Source of the DNA: Octopus sinensis
Lineage: Eukaryota
NCBI RefSeq assembly: GCF_006345805.1
Contig: NC_042999.1
Coordinates: 106,640,001-106,704,000 of the forward strand
Direction of reading: 5' to 3'
DNA length: 64,000 nucleotides
Each line of letters starts with the position of its first letter. Position 1 is the first letter of the stretch. A model generated the notes under the pieces. That model was not told the DNA's origin. It did not search any database and worked only from the letters and a program-made list of their open reading frames with translations. The position numbers were made by a program, and so were the translations under genes. Of the stretch, positions 1 through 13,673 are shown one piece after another.

Positions 1-515
1 GATATAATCGACTTAACCCGTTTGTCTGTCCTTGTTTGTCCTCTCTGTGTTTAGCCCCTTGTGGGTAGTAAAGAAATAGGTATTTCGTCTGACTTTACGT
101 TCTGAGTTCAAATTCTGCAGAGGTCGACTTTGCCTTTCATCATTCCTGGGTCGATAAATTAAGTACAAGTTGCGTACTGGGGTCGATCTAATCGACTGGC
201 CCTCCCCCAAAACATTTGGGCCTTGTGCCTAGAGTAGAAAAGGAATAAAGATTTGTTTTTTCTATGGTGAACCATTCACCTTTATAAGGTGCGAAATATA
301 ACTGCATATTCGCAAAATTGATACACTGTCGAACAAAATGCTTTACAGCATTTTTGCTGGCTATTTACGTTCTGAGTTTAGATTTCGCTGAGGTCAACTT
401 TGCTTTTCATCTTTCATGGTCGGTAAAATAAGTACCAGTTTGGTACTGGATTCAATGTAATTGATTAACCACCTCTTCTAAAAATGCTTGCATTGTACCA
501 AAATTCGAAATTGTC
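1..515 (+). mobile_element. Tandem tRNA-derived SINE copies (family A, octopus OK-like)
   Basis: Recurrent consensus ...TTCTGAGTTCAAATT(C)CGCCGAGGTCGACTTTGCCTTTCATCC...GGGTCGATAAATTAAGTACCAG..., with B-box-like GTTCAAAT; the same sequence recurs many times in the window. The family name is from recall. Confidence 0.8.
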
Positions 516-519
516 TTGA

Positions 520-1005
520 GGGTTCTTGACAACAAACTTCTTCAAATTTCAGAGCTTGTCAAAGTATTTCTTGCAGCACACAAGTCTGCAGGTCACCAAT
601 ACGAGTCTCGACTGCAGTATTGTTCAGTCTCTTAGGTAGAAATTTGGGTATTGACCCAAATGCATCAATTACTACGAGAGCAATTGTCATCCTGTTCTTT
701 CACAGTCTCTTCACCTCTCTGACTAGATCCTGATATTTCTTAGTCTTTTCAATTTCATTGGCATGGGCTGTTATCGTAGTCTATGATATTACACACATTC
801 TTTTGTCCTATATAATTAATCATAATTGGTTTCAATAGTATGGTCAGTCTTTATGGACAATTCCTACAAGATCTTGTAATTCTCATTTTTCTATCAAAAC
901 CTCCGGCTCATATTCACACCACTTTCCTGTTACGTTGAAGCCAAACACTCGGCTAACATCACAATGCTCTCGTTTACCTACACAGTCATGTTTGTACTTG
1001 AGATA
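520..1005 (-). pseudogene. Decayed 3' fragment of an RLE-type (R4/Dong-like) LINE
   Basis: Minus strand reads KYKHDCVGKR..DVSRVFGFNVTGKWCEYEPEVL, i.e. the RHD motif region preceding the restriction-like endonuclease; similar to the 27.9-28.7 kb fragment; many stops. Confidence 0.6.
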
Positions 1006-1014
1006 TCATTAAGA

Positions 1015-1870
1015 CGGCGAAAGCAGTGAGCTGGCTGAATCGTTACCATGCCAGACAAAATACTTGTCTCTATTTCTTCCAACTTTTCATTTCGAATTCT
1101 GCCTTTTTATCTTTTTAGGGTCGATAAAATGACTAGCAGTTGGACCCTGGGGTCGCTTTATTCGGCTAGTCCATTTTAGAGAACTTGTGCTTATAGTAGG
1201 GAGGATTATTGTTAAGTGATGAACTGGCAGAATCGGAAGCACGCCAGATAAAATGCTTATCAACATTTCTTCCAACTTTATCTTCTGAGTTCAAATTCTA
1301 CTTTGCCTTTCATTCTTTCAGGGTCGATAAAATGATACCAGTCAAATACTAATGTAGATATCATTGACTATACCTCTCTCTTAAAATTACTGGTCATGTG
1401 AGAAAATTTGTAGCAATTATTAAGGCTAGTGATCTGACAGAATTGTTACCACGCCGGACAAAATGCTAAGCATCATTTCTTCCGGCTCGTTTCATTCTGA
1501 TTTCAAATGTCGTTCACACCGACCTCGCCTTTCATTTTTTCGTCATCGATAATGCCAATACCAGTTGAGCACTGGGATCGATATAATCGATTGGTCCCCT
1601 CCCTTAAAACTGCTGGCCATGTGCCAAAAGTTGACGGAATTATTATTTTTATTATCATCATGATCATTATCTTTGTCGATTAAGGATGATAAAAGCTTGG
1701 ACAACCGTAAGAGTGTTTGACGAAATGTCTTGTGGTATTTTCTCCTGTTCTGCAAGCTCTAAGTTAAAATGCCACCACGGTCAGCTTAGCCTTTCGTCCT
1801 TCTTTGATCGATACATTAAGTACCAGTCAAGTACTAGAATCAATGCAATCGACTGACCACCTTCCAGTAA
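1015..1870 (+). mobile_element. Cluster of about 4-5 head-to-tail decayed family A SINEs
   Basis: Repeated GAGCTGGCAGAATCG...AAAATGCTT...GAGTTCAAAT...GGGTCGAT units at about 1020, 1215, 1425 and 1690. Confidence 0.75.
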
Positions 1871-4840
1871 AGTTGTTTTTTTGTTACTTTAATTGGAAAC
1901 TAGTGTAGCTGGTTCTTTCAAGAACTCGCTGAATACATTTAGCAACACTTTGTGTTTGACACTTCATTTCTGGTACTTACCAGTTATTTGTTTTTTGATG
2001 TATCTAGTTATGGCCTTTGTTGTTGTTCTTGCTGTTATCTGTTATTGTAATCGGTCTTGTTTAAATGTTGATCTCTTTTGATTTAGCAGACCTATTGTCA
2101 AAAGCATCCATCGTATTCATCTCGTAATTATTTTTTTTGTCCTTGAATCGAGTTTTCCTTTCAAATGGGCTTATATAACACGATAACAATGTTGTAATGG
2201 TTTACTATATTTTAGATAAAAAGATTATGAATTGGTACATCAGTGAGTAAGATATATCTTCCATGATAAGAGAAGAGTCTGTTGTTGTTGGTAACCTTAC
2301 ACCAGCATTGTTTGACTATCTATCACCAAAGGCTATCCAGCCTTCTATCTTAGATCTACTCGACCATGGCTGATAAGAGGTTGTGTATTATTTAATGCCA
2401 TTCTCTTTTTAAGCAGGAACATTGCTAAATGACGAGATATTTGGCTGCTATTTCCCTCTATCTTTCTAATGCATGAGCCTCCAAATTGGTCTTGTTTTAC
2501 CATTTGAAATTTTTCCTACCATTCCAGTTTTCCCTTGTTATTAAGCAATCTTACTGATCAATCTGTTGACCACATTCCTTCCCATATGTTTCCTACTTAC
2601 CATGCATTGCATCGATTTCTATTCTGTGTGGGGTTTTTTTATTTAGTTCTGAAATTTTTTTCGAGTTAAAGAATTGTTTGTTCAAAAACGTGTTACCGCA
2701 TTTCGTAACGAAATGTGATTTAGCACTTTTTTCTGTTCCAGGTACCTCTTCTTCATTTTATGCATTTTATATTTTGTTTTATTTTATTTTTTTACGATAG
2801 ACACTTGTCGTTTTTCTTTTCATTTTTCTTATCGTTGTTAATCTCATTATGGATTCAAATTTTTTTTATTTACAGTCTTTTTATGCTTAATTTGCGCGCG
2901 ATCGCTGGTTATGTGTGTGTGTATGTAAATGATGGGATAAATGTTTCTATACGAGAAGTTTCGAGCCAGTAGCTAGTTTTCTCTATGGCTGCAGCGTATA
3001 TAAGTTGATTTATGCTGGTTATATTGATGTTTACATCTACTTTTAGTATATGTATGATGCTCCAGAATATTTTTTTGTTTGCTTTGTTTTGTTTTTGATT
3101 TATCTTTAAGTTTTATTCTCTTATTTTGTGTACATATGTGTGTGTGTGATGGCGATGGTGATGGGTTCCTTGACTGATAGGAAGATATTTCCTCAATATT
3201 AATTCTTTCGCTATTCCCACCTTTAGATCGTTGTCATATTCAGAATTTCCAACTTTAAATCATTCTCCTTTTATAACTTTCTTATATTCAATTGTGCTCA
3301 CATTTTCGTTGGTGAAGAACTGGTTCAGCATCTGTTGGCCAATATTCTGTTAGTATGCTACGTTTTGATTTTATTATACCTCTTGTTTCTTTTACTTGCA
3401 CAAGGTCTATCTTCCTGATTTATGTTTGCAGTGTTTATGGTTATGTCTTTCTTTTCGATGTTTTTATATTCCTTATTGTTTTTGTCTTCATTATGTATAT
3501 TTTTTTAAAGTATTCTTTTAAATGTTCTATTTTTTATGACTAGAGTTATTTTTTATTATTATGCTTTTAAGTATGTATATTAAATTAGCTAGTTTTGGGA
3601 TTCAAAGTTATTTCGAGATCAGTTATTTTCAGTTTATGTTGCAGTAGTCGTATTTTTCGGGTAATGTTGCTATAAAATAGAAATGTAGTATGGAAACATT
3701 TCTTGCGAGACTATTTATGATTGTTCGGTTTTATTAGTAGGCCTTGAAGTATAAATTTCTACTTTTTATTTAAATTGTCATTATTAATATTTTTAACAGC
3801 TTTTTTTCTTTTTTACATTTCTAATAAATACGAAATTTTGCACGCTCTGTCATAAATAATAATATTCCTCTCTGAACCCTAGGCCAACGATAAGGTACTG
3901 TTATTCTTACGTGCGAAGTTATCTACTTGATTTTTAGCCATTTGAAATTAAAACTGCGGAAAGAAAGATAATCATTAAATTGGAATTTAAATCTTGTAAA
4001 AATGGACTATACATACATATCATGTAATATATGTTTCTTTTACTTGTAGCATAAACGGCTTTCCAGCATAAATGATCACCGATAGCAGCCGTATCAGAAG
4101 AGATGCCCTGCTTATATTTTAAACGCTTGCGAAATCATGATGTATAACATGAATGAGTTGAGCATATCGGAACTAAATCGGTAACACGATAAAAGAATAT
4201 TTGACAACATTCTGTAGGAAATTTTATTGAACTTCAGTAATTAGGTTGGTAACTCAAAGTTCTCGCCTGTGTCCCCCTTGAGAAGAATTGTCATTATGGT
4301 TAATGATTCTTATCATCGTTGACATAATTTAGATCGATTTAAAATCATTTTTGATTCACTATAATAATTATGTTACCTTCGTGTATTATTCATCTATAGG
4401 GAATTTTCCAATGTCATTATTTTATATCGATTGATCAGTGAAAACATTTCACAAAACATGTCATTTCACAATTATTCTATTATCTTGAACTCACATATTA
4501 TACTGTTTTACCAAAGAGGCCGAATAATACTGAAAGCTGGTTAAGTTATCATTTCCTGACTAATAATTACCGATATAGTCCTTTGTACATATATCTCTAT
4601 TTTTTTAATTTTTATTTAATTGAAATTTTGGAACTCTCTATTCAACCGCTTGACAGAATTGTCATTAGCACTAATGATTTTTCTCCTCATCATAAGTGTA
4701 AATTAGATTGATTAAGCATTCTATTTGTTTCACTATATTTAGTCTGTTAAGCTGCACTTAACTAAATACTCCTAATACAGAAAGCTTACCTTCGAAATAC
4801 GCCGGCATAATTCTTATTGTTATTTATCATGAGTTTTTAA

Positions 4841-5052
4841 GACAGCGAACTGGCAAAATTGTTAGCGCATCAGACAAAATGCTTGGCTGCATTTCACCTC
4901 TCTTTACATTCTGAGTCTAAATTCCATCGAGGTCGACTTTGCGTTTCATTCTTTCGGGGTCTATGAAATAAGCACCAGTTGAGCACTGGGTAGATTTAAT
5001 CGACTAGCTCCCTCTCCCAAATTTCAGGCCTTGTGCTTCTAGTAGAGAGGAT
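4841..5052 (+). mobile_element. Family A SINE
   Basis: Full match to the in-window SINE consensus from GACAGCGAACTGGCA to CTAGTAGAGAGGAT. Confidence 0.8.
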
Positions 5053-6035
5053 CATTTATAATGAGTTTAAATTGTGTTGCCAGATTACTTGTTACGGGTT
5101 TAAATAGTGCTCCGTAAGAATGACATGGACAATACCGAATTTACATTAGCCTAAAAGTTATACAATATTTTACCGCCTGCTTGTGATAAGTAGTAAGTAC
5201 TAAAGATATCCCTATCCAAAAGCGAAACGAAATTATTTAAAACATCTAATACTAAAGGTTAGGAACAATGAAATGTTTAGTGATAGCAAATTTTAAATAA
5301 AATCCACTCACTTATGTATTTGAATCAGCATTTTTCTGCTCGTGGAAGTCATTATGTTCTGTAAAAAGAAAAATAAAGATGAGTTATTACAAATGCAAAA
5401 GAAGTAATGGTTTCTTTTGTTGACATTTTTATTTCCTCGGTAGGTTATTTGGGGATTTCTTTTTGACAATATATATCAAAATATACACAAAACAGAGTAA
5501 TATAAAAGACAAAACGAAATGAACGAAATGTCTTAAACAGAAGTATTTTATATTATATTTCTTTCCAGTCTAAATTATGTTTTTCTCCACAACAGAATTA
5601 TAAATAAACACTATTGTAAAATGGAATAAAAAAATACTTCTTAAAATGAATTAGTTTTATTTCTTTCTAGCTTATATCAAATTTCTTTCCTTAAATCTGC
5701 ATTTGTTTAGAATTTGTTTATGTTCTTCCAAAACGCCTGAGGGGTTATTATATAACTGTGATCCCCCTCTGACGTCCTGGCTACATTCTACATTCCAGTT
5801 TCCGAATAAATATACTTGCCTGTAGTATCCACTCTTTAAAGATTAGCGTCTTTACTTATGTATAAGCAACAGATGTTTTCAGTAACCCTGGTTCAAAGTC
5901 TTTATTCTACACTCCCATCATTTCATCTGCTATTTCTACATATCTCCGATCTCCTGCAACAATCATTAGTTGTTCAAATATCTCTCCTCGTGTATCGAGG
6001 CCCTGTTTCATTTCAACCCTTCCGCTCTCCCCTTT

Positions 6036-6195
6036 CTCACTCTCTCTCACACACACACACTCTCTCTCTCTCTTCCTCTCTCTCTCTCTCTTCCTCTCTC
6101 TCTCTCTCTTCCTCTCTCTCTCTCTTCCTCTCTCTCTCTCTTCCTCTCTCTCTCTCTCTCTCTCATCCACTCATTCACTCATTTCCTCTCCCTCA
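6036..6195. repeat. (CA)n/(CT)n compound microsatellite
   Basis: Direct reading; explains the Ser/Leu and Arg/Glu ORFs. Confidence 0.95.
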
Positions 6196-6919
6196 GATGT
6201 TTTTATCTTCGACACTACACAGAAACCAGTAGGTGAAATGCCTAACCTTTTATTCTTTTATAAACTTTCAATACCAATTAATATCCTCATTCAGCCATAT
6301 TATATTTCTGAACGAAGCACCTATGCACAAATCTTCTACATACTGTGAATAGGTAATTGACATTGTTTAGCTTCTGGAGGAAAAGAGTTCCAACGTATTA
6401 TAACTTATTGATATGAGTGATAAACAATATATTTAGGGTAGATTATGACTTCAGACACAGTAACGATGGTGGGAGAGATAGGTCCATTGAGTGGGTTTCG
6501 ATGTCATGATATGCGGCTTACTAGTTCGAGGAAGCAGCAATGGTGGCATTCGTAGTAAAGCAAACAGCACATCTGCTAAATGACCTTTTTTATGCGATCA
6601 GAGATGTTTGCATTTGTAACAGTCTAGTCATTAGGAAATAACTTTGAGAATGTTAAATATGTGAAGCAGCTATAAAACATTATCACTCAGGGAGATTATA
6701 TTTCTGACATTTAGCATTTGTTTTGGCTTTAAAGAATTTGAATATTCATGGAGAATATAGCACGAAACAATTTCTTCGAAAAGTAGTAATATGTAATATT
6801 CTGGGTGAATATAATACTCTACCAGGTAGGTGACAACATAAACTTGTTCAACAATTCTGTTTAGGAATGTTTTAGACGATTCAAATCATAAACACCCGTT
6901 ATGCCTACATTAGGGTACA

Positions 6920-7132
6920 TACGAGGGGGTGCTGAAAAGTGCCTGGCTTTGAATAAAAGAAAATACAGCAGGATTATGACTTTACTCAACATATTTCCTC
7001 TCAGATTCAGACACTTATTGCAGCGGCCCTTCAGTTTTTTCTATGCCCTCTAAAAGAACTCGGAAGTTTGAGCCTCCAGCATGGCCTTTCGTGATACCCT
7101 TAAAGCCAGGAACTTTTCAGCACCCTCACGTA
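6920..7132. mobile_element. Tc1/mariner-derived MITE
   Basis: Terminal inverted repeats TACGAGGGGGTGCTGAAAAGT.CCTGGCTTT / AAAGCCAGGAACTTTTCAGCACCCTCACGTA with TA ends; second copy at 61935-62150. Confidence 0.8.
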
Positions 7133-8992
7133 TATTATATATGAACACTTCTTTTTTCTGGGGTGTGGGGGTCCTTGGAAGAATAGCGTCACTTATAAAC
7201 GAATGTGTATACTTAGAATAAATTAGCAAAGTTACTAATGATCATGAAAAATGCGGGAGATATAAGACACCAGAATTGAAAGAATGGAGGGTTACAGAAA
7301 ACCCAGTCATAGTAGAATTAAACAAAGGGTAAGACAGAAAAACTTATGACCCTAGAGATGAGTGATTAGGAACTTAAGTACAAGATTCTCCTCTCAGACA
7401 TAGGCAAAGTTTTTCTCGTATCAAGAGCAATAACATTGTTTTGGGATAATTTCTCTGAGAGAAAACTTTGGTGTATGACAAAGGTCAACAAAATTTTAGT
7501 AAATTTGGATTACATAAACCGTTCTGATGTCACTGAGTGGCGAGATATTCTGTGTTGAAGTGTAAAAGAGTTCATTGTTTACAGGAGTTTACGTCACTCT
7601 TGACATGCGGGATCTGAGGGTGACAGGATAATAGTTGACTTCGTCAGAAACTTAGTTCTTCATGAAGATGTGCCACAGACACCGCATTTCATTCATCAGA
7701 ATATAACCCTGAAGAGAGTTTGGTAAAGAAAAAATCTCAATGTGGGATGCAGTTCAACGGAAGGGGTACTGTCAACGCCGGTCAAATAATTGAAAAATTA
7801 GCAGATTCTAAAACGTTAGTTGTGATCCACTTGGAAGAAACGAGATAGCTGGCAACCGTCATATAAACGTGAAATTATTTATTAGCTGTTCATTGGGTCC
7901 ATTGCTTTATTGATGGTCGCTTTCTAAGTATATTGGTTGTGAATAAAAATACCTTCAAGCGTGTGTTAGAAGATGATTTATGCCAGGTTCTGTAGATAAT
8001 CATGTTCACTTATATTGTTGGGAGTGAATCACTTGGAGACGGGACAAGAAAAAAAAGCTTTAGGTGTGCTAGATATGTGGAAGAACACGCACGGAAAAAT
8101 GATATCGGTCAGCTGCTAAATTAGTTCGGGTAGATCACAGCTGAATATAATTTCTCATGACATATGGTCAGTGTAGAGTAAGTGGGAGGACAAGTTAAAT
8201 GAAGTATCTGAATGTCTAAAGATTAGAATACTTAGAATAATAGGGAGGTAAAATTTGTTTCATTCATTAGAAAATTGTAAAACAGTCCTGTGAACACAGA
8301 GCTGCATTTGGAACAAAAATTTATGTGAAAAGTGTTTGGGAGTTAAAAGAAAACGAAGAGATAGAAATTTGAAGAAAGACAACCAAGTGTAGAGAGAAAT
8401 AAACATGAACCAATTCAAGCAGTTTTCTTTTGCATTCCATTTTACCGTAACATTTATTTGTATTCTGTTCTGAGGAAAAGGGTAAAAGATTATAAGGTTG
8501 TAGAGAGAGAATTGAAAAAAAATACCAATTCTGTTTCTTTTTATATTCCACAGAACTTTAACATGTATATATTTCTGTCCTCAAAAAGAAATAAAACATA
8601 TCATTTCTAACATATGAAGAAAATAAAAATGTCATCAAATACAAATAAATTCTTTGCACCCAACATACCGTTAACCCTTTGTAAAGAACAAATATGCTGA
8701 CTATCGTTAGAAATGGGCTGACACAGGTACGTCAGTTCATGAATGTCATTTAAATATTGAAGCTTTTATTCAATTGTTTCCATTTCTAAGCATTGGCAGA
8801 GTAAAGAAATTCACTTGGCTTTTGTGTTTGTATACTTCTTTAGTTTTACTTCAAATCACAAGTATATTAAAAGTGTAAAAGATAGTGAAAGAAATATTTC
8901 TTGCAGCCAGTGAAGTAGAAATAACAATAGTGTTAAAGCTACTGGTACTTTCATCTGTTTCTTATCGTTATCATTACTTTTCGTCTTGTTTC

Positions 8993-9022
8993 TCTTCTTC
9001 TTCTTCTTCTTCTTCTTCTTCT

Positions 9023-9057
<35 letters not shown>

Positions 9058-9293
9058 GTCGTCTTCTTCTCCTTCTTCTTCTTCTTCTTCTTCTTCTTCT
9101 TCTTCTCCTTCTTCTTCTTCTTCGTCTTTTTCTTCTTCGTCGTCTTCTTCTTCTTCTTCTCCTCCTCCTCCTCCTTCTTCTTCTTCGTCTTTTTCTTCTT
9201 CTCCTCTTCCTGCTCCTCCTTCTTTTTCTTCTTTTTCTTCTTTCGATTATTATTATTATTATTATTATTATTATCATCATTATTCTTATTATT
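8993..9293. repeat. (TTC)n + (ATT)n trinucleotide array
   Basis: Direct reading; source of the poly-S/F/K/R ORFs. Confidence 0.95.
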
Positions 9294-9294
9294 A

Positions 9295-9640
9295 GGATTG
9301 CGAGCTGGCAGAATTGCTAGCATGCTGGGCGAAATGTTTAGTAGCATTTCGTCTGCCGCTACGTTCTGAGTTCAAATTCCGCCGAGGTCGACTTTGCCTT
9401 TCATCCTTTCGGGATCGATTAAATAAGTACCAGTTACGCACTGGGGTTGATATAATCGACTTAATCCGTTTGTCTGTCCTTATTTGTCCTCTCTGTGTTT
9501 AGCCCCTTGTAGGTAGTAAAGAAATAGGCATTTCATCTGTCTTTATGTTCTGAGTTCAAATTCTGCCATGGTCGACTTTACCTTTCATCCTTTCGGGGTC
9601 AATAAATTAAGTACGAGTTGAACACTGGGATCGATGTAAA
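9295..9640 (+). mobile_element. Family A SINE, long/dimeric form
   Basis: Well-preserved consensus with CpGs intact, followed by a second partial unit after AAAGAAATAGG. Confidence 0.85.
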
Positions 9641-9765
9641 TATAAGAAGGGACAAAATTGAATTATGGGACGAAAAATAGGAAGGAATGAAGAAGAAAGG
9701 AAATCTTCTTCTTATTCTTCAACTGCTACTCCTAATTCGTCTCATCATCGTCGTTGTCATCGTCG

Positions 9766-9811
<46 letters not shown>

Positions 9812-9835
9812 TATTATTATTATTATTATTATTAT

Positions 9836-12800
9836 TCGAATTTGGTAAGAGTGGACGTTTATTCGTGGCTCGTAAGTTTTCTTTAAAATTTTTTTGTTTC
9901 ATTAGTTTGGAATTCCAAATTTTCATGAATTGTTAACTAAATAACCCAGCTCGCTGCAAGCGAGACGAGCTGCTCTGGCGGGAATTCGACCTTAAGGGCG
10001 AATTTTAAGAATCAAAATTGCAAATTTAATATTGTAGAGCAAAACTATGAATATGGCTTCACAAATCGAAGGAAGCGATAGCTATTAGAATAGCCGCTAT
10101 GACATTGTTTTCCAACCACTGGTTAATGTGGTAGGGAAATGAAGGAATAACAACAGCAGCATCAACAACAACAACAACAGCGGCAGCAGCAGCGACGAGC
10201 AAGGTACATTTAAAATTGACGCAAGCACAAACCCTACCACCTTTCCTAACACCACCACAAATATTAACAAAACGACAACTGCGTTATTATTATTGAAAGC
10301 GATGCATAGTATCCAATATTTCGAAACGGGATCGGTTTCACACACACGGAGAATGGAAAAAGTCGAATTGACACAAAAAAAAAATGTTGAGCAACGCTAA
10401 GCAGCACTTAACAAAGAATGGCAGAACAGTCTTCCTTAATACGACGGAGGAAGTGCAAGAATACACAAAGGAAAAGTCTATTATATATAAACGTATATCA
10501 TTAAAGGCGAGGAGACTTGAGCGAGCGACACAGGTTCAGATCGAAAAATGCCAGAGACTTATGTTGCCTGTGGGAAACGCTATGGCACAGTCGAGGTAAG
10601 ATTCTCAAATGAAGAATTAGCCAACAAAATGCTATCACAACCCTCAAAGTTAAGGAATTATGGATAATTCTTGCATACCTTTGGCGGAGTGTCGTCAAAG
10701 TAAAGGTTGCGGAGGTGCCACCAGAAGTGAGCACCTCTTTGCCGAGAACAGCCGTATTATATGGCATAGAGGGCAAAATAAAAGTTCTGCAGATCCACAA
10801 AATTAGAAAGGAGAATTGGTCAAGCACAGGCATGGAACTGTGGTTAAGCGACAATCTGGGCAACATGGGAGTTTTCCCTTACCTAATCAACATACTTAAT
10901 GAAACACAGTTATTTGTAGCAGTAGAGGGAAGAAAGCTGAGATGTCATATTTGTGGAAAAACAAACCATTTAAATATGTTCTGCCCTATGCAAAGAAACG
11001 AAAACCTCCGCTATAGTGGGAACCTCCAACACAACAGAAACAAAAACAACAGCAGCAACGCAAACAACCATACCAACAGCATCAGCGCCCAGAGCTGTTG
11101 CATCCAAAACCCAAACAACAATAGCATCAACAGAAGTGGCAGCAGCAGAAATCGATTCAACAATATCAGCAGCAAGTACTAGTACCACCCGCAATCCTGT
11201 TGAAAAAGAAAAGGAAAACAATTATAAAACGAAAAGCGCGGTACAAAACTAAAAAGAAACAGATTAGAGGAGGAGACAGAGAAACCAAGAAACCATCATA
11301 AACCCACATCTTACACCACCGAAATTACAAACATCTCCAACACAACAGACACCCCCCAATAAACACCTGAACAACAGAAAACGAATAGCAATCCAGACCA
11401 GCAACATGAAAAGCACTACCAAGACATTACTAATTACACGGCCATAGACATAAACAACAAGAACTTAGCAAAACATATTCAAAAATACAGAGACATTACA
11501 CTCAATGAATACATCGCACCACTTCATAATACGTCCATTCACATAAAAATTATAAAAACAACACAATACACTTGGAACAAACCGAAAGCAAAATGGGAGA
11601 TTTACTGGGTACCAGAAATAAAAAGAAAACTTTACGAAGACAGAACATCTGTCTCTCCACAGAAACATGGTACGTGATTCTCTTCATTCACATTTTCTCG
11701 GACAAACACAACCTTGCTCAGAATTGACAGTATGAACGCATGTGGCCCGGAGTCGCACTGAGAAAAGGACCACTTACTAAATGACCTCAGGTCTCTAAAT
11801 TTAGATATAATGACTATCCAGACTCTCCGACCAACGAATTTTCATGTCCATTATCGGTCGATACTAGTTGTACTTAGATCTATAACAACTGGGAATGGTG
11901 GAGCTGAACTATGGTGTTATTCCGAGGAGGTCTGGATCTGAAGATACGGATTATCTTTCTAGATTCAGAAGGTAAATTAGTGGTCTGAATGAAAATAGTA
12001 GCGACGGGGATGCCTACATACTAGTGGCTGTTTATGCTTTGACAGGGATTGTACAACCAGATTTCTTCAGATGACTGGAAGTTTTCCTGGAAACGTCACA
12101 ACCTTTAGTGTAACTGGGTGACACTTAGATTAGATTGATTGTGTGGATTAGCTGTTGGAAGGGTGGAGGCAAAAACCACGCGAACCTGCTCAGATGCTTT
12201 CAATTGTCTGACAGATACCAACTGGATTTCCTGAAAGTGCCAGTGCGGCTATGGACGAACTGCATTGGGTCATATAGGTCGTATCTAGATAGAATATTTT
12301 TTGGCCGATAGATAAGTACAGCATAAGTTGTCCACTTTTTAAAACTGCCCGCTACTCAGAGCATAAATTTGTGATCTTCACGGTCGACTTCAAGAGACTT
12401 CATAGGTAGGGACCCGGTTACTGGAAGCTGTACGAGTCACTCCCGGCGTGCCAAGCTTACAGTGACTGGATTAGTGAATTCGTTCAACGGGCGATGACCT
12501 AATCAATCAACAATGCTGGTTTGCTCTCAAAAGTGCAATTATAGTAGAATCGATTATGTTTAGTAAGACATTAACAATAGAAAGGAAAAGAATAGAGGGG
12601 AAGTTAGTTAGAAACTTAGACGAGATGCTTAAAAAAAGGGTATCACAACAGACCTGCTGGTGAAGGCTGCATTGTTTGAGCCAAGGCGCCTGCGCTAAGA
12701 AATGAGGGAACGAAAACCGTTTGACAGTCCTGAGTGCCAGAAGCCCAAGATGACAACAAAGTCACAATTCGGTATTTGGTGAACCAAAATGGTTACACGG

Positions 12801-13582
12801 TACTCAAGCCCGAGCAGTTGTGTGCGGCATTTCAACAACATTTCACCCAACTTTTCGAGACGAATGGCAATACGAAAAGCAGGATAGACTTCAGTGCCTA
12901 CCTCGACGGCATGTCATGACTCTCAGCAAGTGAGACGGAGTGTTGCGAAATGCTGATAGCAGCTGCGGAAACACGGGGTGCGGTGGTGGATCCGACGGTG
13001 CGATGTGAGTCAAATTGCCTGGTTTCGATGGTTGCCCTACAAGCTTTAGTTTTATAGGCTAGACTTGGCAGCAGAACGGGAGAATTGCAAGTTCTGTGCG
13101 TCGAGGAGCAGTGGCACTGCTAAGAAAAACACAAAATAAGGGAGACCAAATAGAAAATTTGGGGCCCATAACACTGCTGGACGCAGATTTCAGAATTTTG
13201 ACCGCGGTGTTAGCGAAGAAGTTGGTGCTTGTCGTCGAAGAAATGGTTGGCGATGCGCAAACATGCATAATCCCAAACAGATCCATCCACGACAACCTCT
13301 GCCTCATGCAATTTATCATAGACAGGGCTAATGATGTGATAGATGAGGCCTTGATCAATTTGAATCAATATAAAGCCTTCGGTAGTGTCGACTATCAATA
13401 CTTAGTGGCCGTTCTCGCAGAAGCCGGTTTCGGTCCCGTTCTCCGTGGCTAGAACTATCTACTCGGTAATTGTTACTGCTTTTTTTTACCTTTTGCACGC
13501 CTTTTATGTAACCCCTAGTTGTGTTGTCCTGTACCATCCTCAGTGTTTTTGTGAAACATGTGTGACTATTAAAGAAAACATT
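9836..13582 (+). mobile_element. Decayed, internally deleted L1/Tx1-clade non-LTR retrotransposon (ORF1 zinc knuckle, APE endonuclease, partial RT, 3' UTR)
   Basis: ORF1 CCHC knuckle CHICGKTNHLNMFC (about 10942-10985); endonuclease/linker remnants including GPGYWKL at about 12410; RT motifs PITLLDADFRIL...NRSIHDNL...YKAFGSVD..YL...GFG (13096-13452); U-rich tail ending ATTAAAGAAAAC; multiple stops and frameshifts. Confidence 0.85.
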
Positions 13583-13585
13583 TAT

Positions 13586-13650
<65 letters not shown>

Positions 13651-13673
13651 TGTTGTCGTTGTTGTTGTTGTTG
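13586..13673. repeat. (GTA)n/(GTT)n microsatellite
   Basis: Direct reading. Confidence 0.95.

Noticed and set aside
2741-3850. Acceptor TTTTTTCTGTTCCAG followed by U-rich sequence and AATAAA at about 3823, resembling a terminal exon
   Set aside because: No coding signal or upstream exon in the window; such motifs are frequent by chance in T-rich DNA.
7260-8250. Possible very old LINE endonuclease remnant (also about 38780-39350)
   Set aside because: Composition is suggestive, but I could not read convincing motifs.
5858-9936. Low-complexity ORFs (poly-S, K, R, F, H, D)
   Set aside because: They are translations of (CT)n, (TTC)n, (CAT)n and (ATT)n microsatellites; the same applies to similar ORFs near 21 kb, 30.5 kb, 39.8 kb and 52.5-53.4 kb.
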